A stretch of DNA of 64,000 nt, taken from positions 13,392,001 through 13,456,000 of the forward strand of contig JAQFVV010000001.1 in the NCBI GenBank assembly GCA_028023455.1, given 5' to 3'. The notes beneath the pieces were generated by a model. It saw only the letters and a program-made list of their open reading frames with translations, did not search any database and had not been told where the DNA came from. Source of the stretch: Epiperipatus broadwayi. Taxonomy: Eukaryota > Animalia > Onychophora. Position numbers and translations under genes: made by a program. Positions 52,859-64,000 of the stretch are shown in pieces (position 1 is the first letter of the stretch; each line of letters opens with the position of its first letter).

Positions 52859-54541
52859 GGTAATCATCTGAAATCCAGGCACGGCCGCCTGATGGCATTG
52901 TTTGTGTCAAAACACATAAAATGCCATTACTGCGGCCAGCCTTATGGCTAATACAACATTTATATTGTATTAACCCATTGCAGGCTGCTTTACATGACAT
53001 TGCACAAAAATATTACAGCCTGTTTTGTGCTTTGAAACTATTTATGTGTATTCGTTCTATTCATAGCTGATTACTATATCACTTGAGAGTGTTTTAATTT
53101 CAAGCCAGAACAACTTTTCAAATCTCCATAATAGATTAATGTCATTTATATTTAAATAATGCTGTTAATTACTAATAATTGTCATATAGTCCCCACCCTT
53201 CCCTAAAAAATGTTAATATCTAAAAAATTGGCAAAGATATGTTCAAACACACTTCGACAAAGCTCACGCGCTAAGTCATGTTTCAGTGTGGTAAATATAC
53301 GAGACCAATAAAAGGTCTGAGAACGTGCAATTTTTAAACTTTTCAGAATTGCCGAGTACAGAAAGTGAGGGAGACTGTGTCCTTTTTTCAGGAACATAAT
53401 GTCCTCCCAAATTACAGCAATAAAAGAATAAATAAGTTCAAAAAGTCCAAAGTTTGTGTACTTTTTTTTTTATTTTATTAAAAATTGATAAGTATTTAGA
53501 TTATCTTTTTAAAGCAGTGTTAAAATAAATTAATATTTTTGTTTACTTTTTGTTAATAATAACAAAGTATAACCCCCCCCCCCCCCAAAAAAAAAGCAGT
53601 TTATTGTAGAAGCCAAAAAAAAAAAAAGGTAATTCAAAAAGTGAGAAAAAGTTGTTGGAAAAAAAAAGAAATTATTGACTTTTTGTTACAATTATTTTTT
53701 CGAGTGGGGGGGGGGGGTGAAAACAATTTTTTACCCCCAAAAATCACAAAAGTTACTTTTGATTTAATAAGAAGAAAAACAATTTGGTCAACCAAAAAAA
53801 AAGATATAAAAAATTCGAAACAATTTCCAAATAATTGCATTATATTTTTTCAGCAGGGTTAAAACAAATGGGGTTAAAATAAATGACTATTTTTGTTGAC
53901 TTTTTGTTAACAATAACAGTACAAAAGATCCTCAAAAAGCTGTTTATTGTAGAAGCCAAAAAAAAAAAAAAATCTAATTCAAACAAAATCTAAATAAAAG
54001 TAAAAAGTGAAAAAAAAGTTGTTTAAAAAAAAGAAAAATTATTGACTTTTTGTTACAATTATTGATCAGAAGGTGGGGTTTCAAAACAATTTTTGAACCC
54101 CCAACAACACAAAAGTTACTTTTGATTTAATAATAATAATAATAAGAAAAACAATTTAGTCAAACAAAAAAAAAAGGTAGAACAAAGTCTAAACAAGTCC
54201 CAAATAATTGTACCATTATATTTTTTCGGCAGGGTTAAAACAAGTTTTTTTGTCATGAAACAGTCCAAAGTTTTAAAATTCAGAAAAATAAACACAAAAT
54301 TAAATTACCAAAAGTTGTTGAATAAAGAAAAATGTCAGGTTAAAAAAAAAGACAATAAAAATGAATATAAAAATTTTTTTAATAAAAAAGAAATGTTATA
54401 AATGAAATAAAAATTTATTTAATAAAAAAAAAAATCATGTTCTATAAAAAAAAGTTGCGGCGGCCCAGTAATATTACATTTGATTGATTTTGTATAGCAT
54501 CAACACTCCAAGCGGCCATGCCCAGATTTCAGATGATTACC
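52859..54541. mobile_element. Non-autonomous TIR DNA transposon, Merlin-like
   Basis: 30-bp TIRs (27/30 identical) begin GGTAATCATCTGAAATC. The 8-bp TSD AAAAATTT is at 52851-52858 and 54542-54549. An internal ~356-bp direct duplication is present. Confidence 0.8.
53517..54243 (+). repeat. Two diverged ~356-bp direct repeats inside the TIR element
   Basis: Shared blocks GTTTATTGTAGAAGCC, ATTATTGACTTTTTGTTACAATTAT, CACAAAAGTTACTTTTGATTTAATAA and GCAGGGTTAAAACAA each occur twice. Confidence 0.85.
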
Positions 54542-54934
54542 AAAAATTTGTACTAATATTTATTATTTATTTATTTCTCTTTCTTACATTCAGAATCAAA
54601 AAGAAATATGCTATTTGACTATTTATTTGATTATTCATTTTAAGAAGATGAACTCCTACTCCAAACTGCTCCAACAACACACACCAACTAACATAACTGA
54701 TCGCCAATATTAAATTTTTCCTCCCTATCTCTGAAATATTCCTCAACTGTCTGACCAAAATCTCATATGGGTTTTCCAACTCGTAATCCCATGTTGGTGG
54801 TGCTAAAACTTTCTACCCATTGTCTGAACACTCCATTTCCTTTTATCACTGAGCCAACCTACAAAATAGATAACAACATAAACTTTTATAAAAAATTTTA
54901 ATATATAGGCTTAAAAATAGGCATATTGTTATAC

Positions 54935-57900
54935 ACCCTCTTACTTAGGGAAAAAAATGTTTACTATACCTTTATTATAGCTTTAGTCTCTTTGCCTAGT
55001 TTTCCTTTTAGTGAATTTCTTAGCCATAATTGTTTCTTGGCTTTATATTTCTTTTATTCCAAGTAAAAACTCTTTATATGGTTTGTATTTTCTGAATAAA
55101 CTTTCGATTATGAGATTTTAATTATTTGCATTTAATAATATTTCTTTTTTTTTTTCACAATATTCTTTATCAACGTAAATGAACTTTAGACTCTGGGCAT
55201 TATAGTTACTCTAGGTCCATTTGGATATTGACCATAAACACATTTTTGCCTCTCTTTTCTACTATTTTGTATGGGCCTTCATATAAATTAAAGAATTTTT
55301 TATATTTATTTTGTTGTGGATCACTGATTTCCTAATTTAAATAGGTTTGGTTTTTGTGGGCCAGTTATTTTACATTTTATGACTGCCCTTAATAAGATTA
55401 ATGTTAGCTCATTCCTAGTCTATGTTATGTCTATTTCTTCCAGGATTGTTGGTATTTGAGTTTTTATTAAGATTGGTTCCTCATGACTGAAATATAGATT
55501 CATTTTGAATAGAATTTATATATTTAATAGTTTGTGGAAACTTATTAACCCATTCTTTATGCTTACCTTCCAAATAAATTCTACAAAGGTGACTTATTTC
55601 TCTCATTATCCTCTCACAAGGGTTAGATTGGGGGGTTGTAGATAGAAATCTATTTTAACTCTGCTTTTTCATTTTACTTTTCCCATTCAGAGGATAAACA
55701 GGATGGTATGACATGGTCAGTTAGAGTTGATTTAAACTTTCTTATTAATACAAATTGAGTGTTTGTCAACATTTTTATGACATTTTGTATGTTGGCCATT
55801 TGCATTGGATATGCCAATCAATACATACTTTATAAATAAATTATATGTTAATAAATTTGTAGTGATGAAATAATAGTAGTGGCAATAAAAAGTTATGGCT
55901 AGGATTTCATTTAGTTCATCTGGGATAATAGATTGAAATCTGCCTATGTATGATTGATTTGCAAATTTAGTTTTTAAACAGATTTTGCAGGATTTCACTC
56001 TATTTAATATGGATTTGTATATATTGGGCCAGTAGAATAACCTTCATATTATATGTTCTATTTTTGTCAGGTTGTAATGTCCATACTTGCAATGCATGTA
56101 GTATATTAATTTGTTTTTAAGAGTGATTGATATAGATAATTTTGCATTTTATAATTGGGTAAATTATTTTTAATATTTATTTTATGCTTTGCTAAGGTTT
56201 TTGCTTCGTTTGCCAATATTATATTCCTCAATTTGTGATTCAATACTGCTGCTTGTCTAAATTTTTTAATTCCCTCTTGATTGATCACAATTAACAATGA
56301 AATCACCATTATATACAAATTATCTGCATTAATGTTATTGAATTCTAATTTAACAGGGTTCTGACTGAGTATATCCAGGATAATATTTTGTTTGCATTGG
56401 TAATATTGAACCTGGTAATCGAATTCCTGCAAGAATAATCTCCATATGATAAATCTGTCATTATTCAAATACTCCTTATTTAAAAATTCAAAACCTTTAT
56501 GATCAGTAATTACAATAAACTGTGAGCCTAATAAAAACTGTTTTAGTTTGTTGAAAGCCCAGACAATAGCGAAGGCCTCTGTTTCTACTGTTAAGTAGTG
56601 TAATTCAATGCCCTTTACGTGACTACTAAGAAAGTATAGTATGTGCGACCATTGTTTTTCATCTAGTTGAAACATAACTGCTTAAATTGTAACCAGTGCT
56701 ATTGATTTTACATAGAAAGTGACTAGGAAGTTGGGGTAATATAATATTAATTAATTAATTCAAAAATTTTACTTTAATTAATCTTATCTCTTGTGCATGC
56801 TCAGATTTCCACCTCCATTTCTTTTCTTTTTTTCAGTGGTTGAGAGAGATGAATTGTGTCATATGCAAAATGTTTATAGAAATGGTAGTAAAAGTTGCAT
56901 ACACTGGAGAAAGAGCAACATTTTTTTGGCATGGGAAAATTCTGGATAGCAGCTATCTTTTCAAGATAAAGTTTTATTCAATCCATTCTATCAAATGACC
57001 AAGAAAAATTATTTCCTTTTATCACAATAACACTCTTTTTTATGTTGATTTTGATGTTTTCATCTGTACATTCTTTAAAAAATATTGTAGATGATGGAGA
57101 TGTTTATCAATACTTTCAGAAGTGATGACTATCTCATGAACATACATGGCAATAATATTTTTAACTCTTTCAGATAATATCTGGTTTAAACAATGAATTA
57201 GACTAACCCCGTTATTTATCAGGCCAAATGTTATATGATGAAAATATATATGTATGTCCCTAATGTTTAATGGTGATGTATTTTGATCTTCAGGTGTAGC
57301 TATAAATCAATTGTAGTAAATATTTTTTCTAAATTTTATGAGCATCTTTTGTATAGTAGATGGGGCATTATGCTCTGGTTGGTTCTTTTGGCATCTAGAC
57401 AAATATGTGCTGACCCATCTTTCTTTCTGACAATTACCAAGGGATTATTATATGGGGAGGCACATTTTTTATAATGTCCCCATTAACCATCGGTTGTATT
57501 TGTTTATTTATATCATCTTTCTATTTATATAGTATGAGATAGGATCTATATTGAAATGGATTGCTGTCATTGAGGTAGATTCTATGGAAATAGCTCTTAA
57601 TAATCCTGGGCCATTTTGAAAATATATTTTTAAATTTATGTAATATTTCATATAATCTATTTCTTATTTTGTCCCCAAAGGTTATTAGATTCTTTCACTT
57701 TTAACTTAAGGTCTAAGTCATTCGCCATGATTTGAACACAAAAAAAGTTTTTTTAAGGAAAATGGTAGATAGCATATAAACTTTATAATTTCATCTTGAA
57801 AAATAATTTATCTTCTTTTATAATCAATATCATAGTTAAATCTATCTAAAAAGTCAGATTAATAAGGAAAATGTGTTTGAAGTTGAAAAGATTTTAATAA

Positions 57901-60255
57901 AATTTAACCCATATCTGTTGTGCAAATAATTTGGCTTTGCAGTTATTTGCCAGCTTGATTTGTATAGATTGCTTTAGTGATAATGAAAAGATTTATTTAT
58001 TCAGTTGCTGAATTTTATAGAACAGAGCCTCTGAAGCAATAGATACTTGACTGCCTATACACAATAAAGCCATTGCTTCAATTCCTTCAATTTTTACAAT
58101 AATTTCTGGACAGTTATTTATGGATACAGTGTCCTTTTGGTCTTCTTTTTTCATCTGAAACAAATTCTAAAGAATTTATTGTCATGTATCAGTTGTCCCT
58201 CTGAAAACTAGTTAATGAATCCTTCAGTGAGGAACATTCTCATGAGGTCTCAGTTTGATTGTCTGTTCCTAATTTTTGGTGTGGTATTCTTTACCACTAT
58301 ATTTTCAGTCCTTTTTTTCTGTACATACATTTGTTTGAAGTTCATTTTCTTGGTTAGACCTTTAATTGTATGGCCTGCATTGATTGGACTCTATATGGAT
58401 TATATCGTCTTCTCTGGAAGACATTTCTACCTCCTTTTCGCTTTGGTATCTCCTTTTGCTCTTTGTCATCATTAAAATTTGTTGGATATCCTGTAATCAG
58501 AGTTCTCCTTCTTTCAATCTTATTATTCTTTCATTAGAGTTATTGCCCACTTCTAAGGTTCCTAAAATGTTTGATATTTTTTCCACTGATCAGCATTTAT
58601 TTTCTACCAGGACTGTTTTGATGTAATGTGGCTAATTATGCTTCACTATTCTCACTATGTCTTTTTTAGATAAATGTAGGGCAGTTAGGGCCTTTAGATT
58701 GTCTAAAGAATTGAGCCATGCTACCTCTACTAAAGTTATATTCTTCTTGAACTGTTTTCTATCATATGGAATCTTATTGGTCTTCACCCCAAAAGAAAGC
58801 AATTAATTTTTCTTTAAATTCAAAATAAGATCTGGATAATTCAAACAGTGACATCCACCAAACCTGGCTGCCACAGCTAGATAATAATTGGATATTGATA
58901 TTTTCTCCCCTTTATTCATTTCACTTAATGCAAACAAACTAGACAAGATACTATGAATTTCCATGATGGGTCGGTCCATTCATCATTTTGTACCATGTTA
59001 ATAATCCCCTTTCAGAGATCTACATCCCTATTTTCCTTCTGTATATGAGTTTGAATAGTATCTCTTGTCCCACGATGTTGAATTTCTGTGGACATAATAT
59101 CAACATTGTATCTCTCTATTTACCCTTCTAATATATCCACACATTTATCCTTATTTTGTATTGCTAACCTCAATTCTTTGTTGTCATTGATCATGGACAT
59201 CTCTTTAGTGGTTTGAATTGCATGATGATCATAAAATTTCTATTCCATTGACCTTTATTTCTTGTATGTTTTTCCTCAACCCTGCCTCTATCAGTTTCAC
59301 TATGTGACTGCAGTCTCTTTCCATCATTTGTTTTAACTCTTAATTGGTAATTCTATTGCCTACTTTATTAATACTTGTGTTCAGTTTGTCCAATTGGCAT
59401 CCCATCTTCTGAAATTGATTCACAGCAGTACCAGATACCATTTGAATCCTTTAATGTATATCTTTTAATTTTTTTTATTTCATTAGTAATTTGTATGCAA
59501 TATTCATGTGTGGATTTAATTATTTTATCTTTTTGAATTTTGACAACATTTTCCAACTTTACATCCCATTTCTTGCATAAGATTTGGAATGAGCACTCCA
59601 CCATTATTTTAAAAATTCAAATTCCTCCATAACTTTGGAATCCTTGACATTCTTGTAAATTTTTTGTTCATCTTCTGAATATCCATTTTCACTTCTTCTC
59701 TTGACTCTTCTATTTTTTTCTTAGGCTTGGAATTTGATCTTAATCTTTTACCTTAACGTCATATTTTCAGTATTTTTTCTAATTTTGCTTCTAATCCTTT
59801 AATTATGTCAAAATTTCTTGGAAACCAAGATTGGACCTGCATGATAAATCTTGTTTAGTTCCATTCATAGTAAAACACAACATTTTCTAATAATAATTAA
59901 TCTTTTAATAACTTTAAATATATTATCATAATATAGTAATCCAGTGACTGCCTTTCTTTCTTTTACTGCCTATAATTAAAATTAATAACAGGCATCCATA
60001 ATAGAATCATCTCTACTTCTATTTCTTTCAAAAATATATAGCTATTTATTTTTTTCTATTGAGAGGAGTATAAAAAAAAATAATTTTTTTTTGATCACGA
60101 TAAAATTTTATATATCATGTGAATAATTTACTCTTCGGTCACACGTCAATAGGTTAACTTGTTTAGTCTACACTTATTCTTTCGAGCCCTTAAATGGAAT
60201 GCTAATTATAATGGTGTATATGCGCAAAAGAGATGTTCTTTAGGTTCAGGTGCCA
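54935..60255 (-). mobile_element. Decayed Ty3/Gypsy internal region (PBS, gag-like, protease, RT, RNase H, integrase, PPT)
   Basis: Protease IVKIEGIEAMALLCIGSQVS (~58050); RT LVIVRKKDGSAHICLDAKRTN (~57400); RNase H ORF 56106-56675 (ETEAFAIVWAFNKLKQFLLGSQFIVITDHKGF); YEGPYKIVEK (~55270); PPT AAGAGGG followed by TGT at 54935. Confidence 0.85.
60244..60255 (-). promoter_or_regulatory. Candidate tRNA-Lys primer-binding site remnant
   Basis: TGGCACCTGAAC equals TGGCGCCCGAAC with two CpG-type transitions, and lies upstream of the gag-like region. Confidence 0.45.
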
Positions 60256-61304
60256 ATTTTCAATAGATTGTATTTATATGTTGAGACTCTCTTAATATTT
60301 TATTTAAATTTTATTGAGTGAAATTACTAACTATAAGATCTATGAATTTCTTCGTAAATATTAACCGAAAATGAGGCTCTACAATAACTTATATTTAAAT
60401 TTAAAAGATACTTTTTATTAATTTCACATATAATTTAAATGAAAAATAATAAATGATTAATGATCTCAGTGTTTAAAATAATAATGATAATAATGTGACT
60501 GTAAATTGATGTGATTTGAGTGAACAAATAAAATAACTAATACGAACATATAAAATGAAAAATCCAGTTTTATTTACATCGCTAATAAATAATACTAATA
60601 AGCAAATGACATTAATAGTTTAAACAGCTCTGATCAATTTATACCATTCAATTCACAAAGCTGTTACAAATAGTTTTTTAAATAAATATTATTACATGAA
60701 CTTTATGAAATTCAAATAAAGTTTTTGGGTAAATGAAACAGACAAAGGATATTATAATCTGAAGCATTTAAGTTACATATATCGATGGAATCCTTTAATT
60801 TATATCAACAGTTGAAACATAACCAATATAGTGTATGCAACTATCTAAACCTCATACATTCATGCATTACACTGTATGTGCACATAAATAAAATATTAAA
60901 ATTGTCTTACCTAGCTAGTAAACCTATTATCTCTGAAAGCTCTAAAACAAAGAAAAATATGCATGCATAATAAAAAATAATAAGTGAAATTTTATTATTG
61001 GTGGGAATTTTTTTTTAAAAAAAGTTAATATATAAAGAATTCATTATTCAGATCCTGTAATGGATCTGTATAATGGCTGAATTGGCTCCAGGCAATGATT
61101 TATTCATACTAAGTCAGTTGTCTTTATATTATAGCTCGTAGAATGATGCAATTCTTCTAAGAAAATTTTTATTTTGTCTACCAAAGTCATAAACAGTTTC
61201 TCTCAAGGAATTCTCATATAGTTGTGATAAAATGGGTTATTTTATAATGGAATAAATTTCTTATCTCACTATTTCTTAAAAATGAATTTCACAAAATATA
61301 ACTT

Positions 61305-61870
61305 AGTATTAATCAGCCATTAAGCTAATGCACATGCGCTTTGTGAATTTTTAACTATAAATGAATACTTTCACTTCCAAACACAAGATAAAGTCTTTGT
61401 GAAAAGATAGAATGAATCCATCTATCCTTTCGACCCAAACGTTTATGTATGGGAAAATCTTAAGCATTTGAGAATGAGAGCATGAAGATGTTAAGCGATC
61501 ACTTTAAATTACTTTTACTAGGCCCAAATGAATGACGCAAAATATTCTAGAATTTACAATACATCATTTTTATTTGAAATTAAACATATGTAAAAGAGAT
61601 ATTTAATTTCAAATAAAAATGATGTATCATTAATTCTAGAAAATTTTGCAAGCATTATTCATTTGGGCATAGTAAAAGTAATTTAAAGTGATTGCTTAAT
61701 ATCTTCATGCTCTCATTCTCAAATGCTTAAGATTTGCCCATACATAAACATTTGAGGTGAAAGAATAAATGGATTCATTCTATCCTTTTACAAAGACTTT
61801 ATCTTGTGTTTGGAAGTGAGAGTATTCATTTATAGTTAAAAATTCATTAGCTTAATGGCTGATTATTACT
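61305..61870. repeat. Fold-back palindrome (~275-bp arms, ~17-bp loop)
   Basis: Arms align as reverse complements. The left arm has a 15-bp insertion, CACATGCGCTTTGTG. Confidence 0.9.
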
Positions 61871-62134
61871 ATTACAGTTTATTAAAACATAGCACTATAT
61901 AAAATAAATATCTCATTTATAACATTATTGAAATTTTGAAATAACATTTATAAATAAGATTCTTCTGAAAAGATAAACGGAAACTTCTAAATGCATGTAA
62001 AATGGCAATAATCAAACATATAGGCAGGAATTAGAAGATCAAAGACATTTGACTTTTTTCTACTTGGCTTTTAGCAAGGCATTTTGTTATTCAAATAATA
62101 AATGTAAATTTTTTAAGGAATACATCTGATGTTA

Positions 62135-63367
62135 AATAAAGTAATTAATATATGACTAGAATACATTTGTGTACATTCTTATTAATTGTATAAAAGGCAA
62201 AATTTCAATAATTGTGAAACAAGTTAAATAAAATCATTACAGCTATATGTATATTATAACCATATGCTTATTCTTAAGCCTATATATTAATTTTTTTTTT
62301 TTAAAAAATGTTTACATTATTGCCTATGCAAGTCACTTATTCATTATTAGTTATCTATATTTTATTCGAATACATGTTAATTAAATAATGAATAAAATTT
62401 TCTGGAATGATTATTTTCAAAGCATCCCAAATTATAAATAAATGTTTTAAAAAACAGAAAAGTTTATTATAATTAGATAATAAATATTATAATTAGATAA
62501 TAATTGTGTACATGAGATTTAATTAAAATTATCTATCACTACTTAATTGTCAAATGTTTATTATATTTATTTTATAAAGGTTAAATGATTTATATTTTAT
62601 TAATCTCCAGAAATTCTAAAGCACTAACTTTAAATATGTGTATGAGTATACCAATATATATATATATAAAAGTATCACTAGATAATTTATTCTAGAATCC
62701 CTATAATAATGTTATGTGAAATTACTAGACAGGAAAAAGTAGCAAAAAAAAAAAAAAGAGGACTTTTTCCTGTCTTGTAATTTCACATAACATTATTATA
62801 GGGATTCTAGAATAAATTATCTAGTGATACTTTTATATATATATATATATTGGTATACTCATACACATATTTAAAGCTAGTGCTTTAGAATTTCTGGAGA
62901 TTAATAAAATATAAATCATTTAACCTTTATAAAATAAATATAATAAACATTTGACAATTAAGTAGTGATAGATAATTTTAATTAAATCTCATGTACACAA
63001 TTATTATTTAATTATAATATTTATTATCTAATTATAATAAGCGTTTCTGTTTTTTAAAACATTTATTTATAATTTGGGATGCTTTGAAAATAATCATTCC
63101 AGAAAATTTTATTCATTATTTAATTAACATATATGCGAACAAAATATAGATAACTAATAATGAATAAGTGACTTTGCATAGATAATAATGTAAACATTTT
63201 TTTAAAAAAAATTAATATATAGGCTTAAAAATAGGCATATGGTTATAATATACATATAGCTGTAATGATTTTATTTAACTTGTTTCACAATTATTGAAAT
63301 TTTGCTTTTTATACAATTAATAAGAATGTACACAAATGTATTCTAGTCATATATTAATTACTTTATT
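62135..63367. repeat. Near-perfect palindrome, 606-bp arms and 21-nt A-rich loop
   Basis: 62135-62740 is the reverse complement of 62762-63367 with scattered mismatches. Confidence 0.95.
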
Positions 63368-63831
63368 GTTTATGTTATATGCATATTTAATTCAGTGGGT
63401 GAAATTTATAAAAAGTGAAAATAATTGTTATTTGATTACTGCAATAAACTGCAGAAGGTGAATTTAGCCACTATTTGAAATTAGATGTCTTTAATCTTAC
63501 AATATTTTTAACTGCCTTAGATTTATATCATATTGGCAATAAATTAAAATAACATCATGCATTCATAATTACACTTTATTTCATATTGAATGTGCTTGAA
63601 AATTTTTGAGTTTTTTTTTTTGGCGAAATCATAAAAAAAAAAAAATCCTTTTGATGTAAATTTTAGTTCTTTTTATCAATGAAAGATAATAATAAGCTAT
63701 CTTTGTCTAATATTCATAAGTGAATAACAATAAATCGCTGTGGATTGCTGATGAATACAACATACATTTTGATTTTATTCGTTAGTCATTAATTAGATTA
63801 CTATTAGATTGTTTCAGTTTTTAGTTTTAAT

Positions 63832-63983
63832 ATATGGACAGCTGAAGAGTTGTGTGGTGGAGTAAATTGAAACCTGTCCATTAAAGTATAAAGATTGGCT
63901 ATCTTAATATAAGATGAGCATTGATTATATATATATATGTGTGGAGATGATAATCTGGACCAACTGACGAGTGCTGGTTTAGC
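63832..63983 (+). mobile_element. Additional truncated copy of the 18.3-19.95 kb hammerhead-bearing family
   Basis: GCTGAAGAGTTG..TTGAAACCTGTCCATTAAAG..ATCTTAATATAA..TCTGGACCAACTGACGAGTGCTGGTTTAGC aligns to copies C and E. Confidence 0.85.
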
Positions 63984-64000
63984 CCCATTGGTGATTATTT

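Noticed and set aside
61400-61500. Hammerhead motifs in the 61.3-kb palindrome (CTTAAGA...GTCGAAAG; CATGAAGA)
   Set aside because: Stems I and III cannot be built convincingly. None was found in the 62.1-63.4 kb palindrome either.

Overview
A very AT-rich eukaryotic window, most likely from an invertebrate animal (GT-AG introns, CAAAATG start context, RTE/Gypsy/Penelope/Merlin-type repeats). No prokaryotic features or CRISPR arrays are supported. One host gene can be assembled on the + strand: an N-terminal SAM-domain protein (exon 10081-10162 spliced across a ~14.9-kb intron to exon 25014-25165, with probable later exons near 40.6-41.0 kb). The rest is layered mobile DNA: RTE-clade LINE fragments, two decayed Gypsy LTR retrotransposons, a tRNA-Gly-derived SINE (3 copies), a Merlin-like TIR element, and many long fold-back palindromes. 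The most notable signal is five sequence-distinct repeat families (12.4-13.2, 18.3-19.95 plus 63.9, 20.1-20.4, 41.5-42.2 and 44.4-45.4 kb) that each carry a minimal type-I hammerhead-ribozyme-like motif. In four of the five, stem III is palindromic. They sit as inverted or tandem copies, the layout known for Penelope-like pseudo-LTRs and non-LTR retrozymes. Most individual motifs carry core mutations, so catalytic activity is unproven. All calls are by eye; no database search or folding computation was run.
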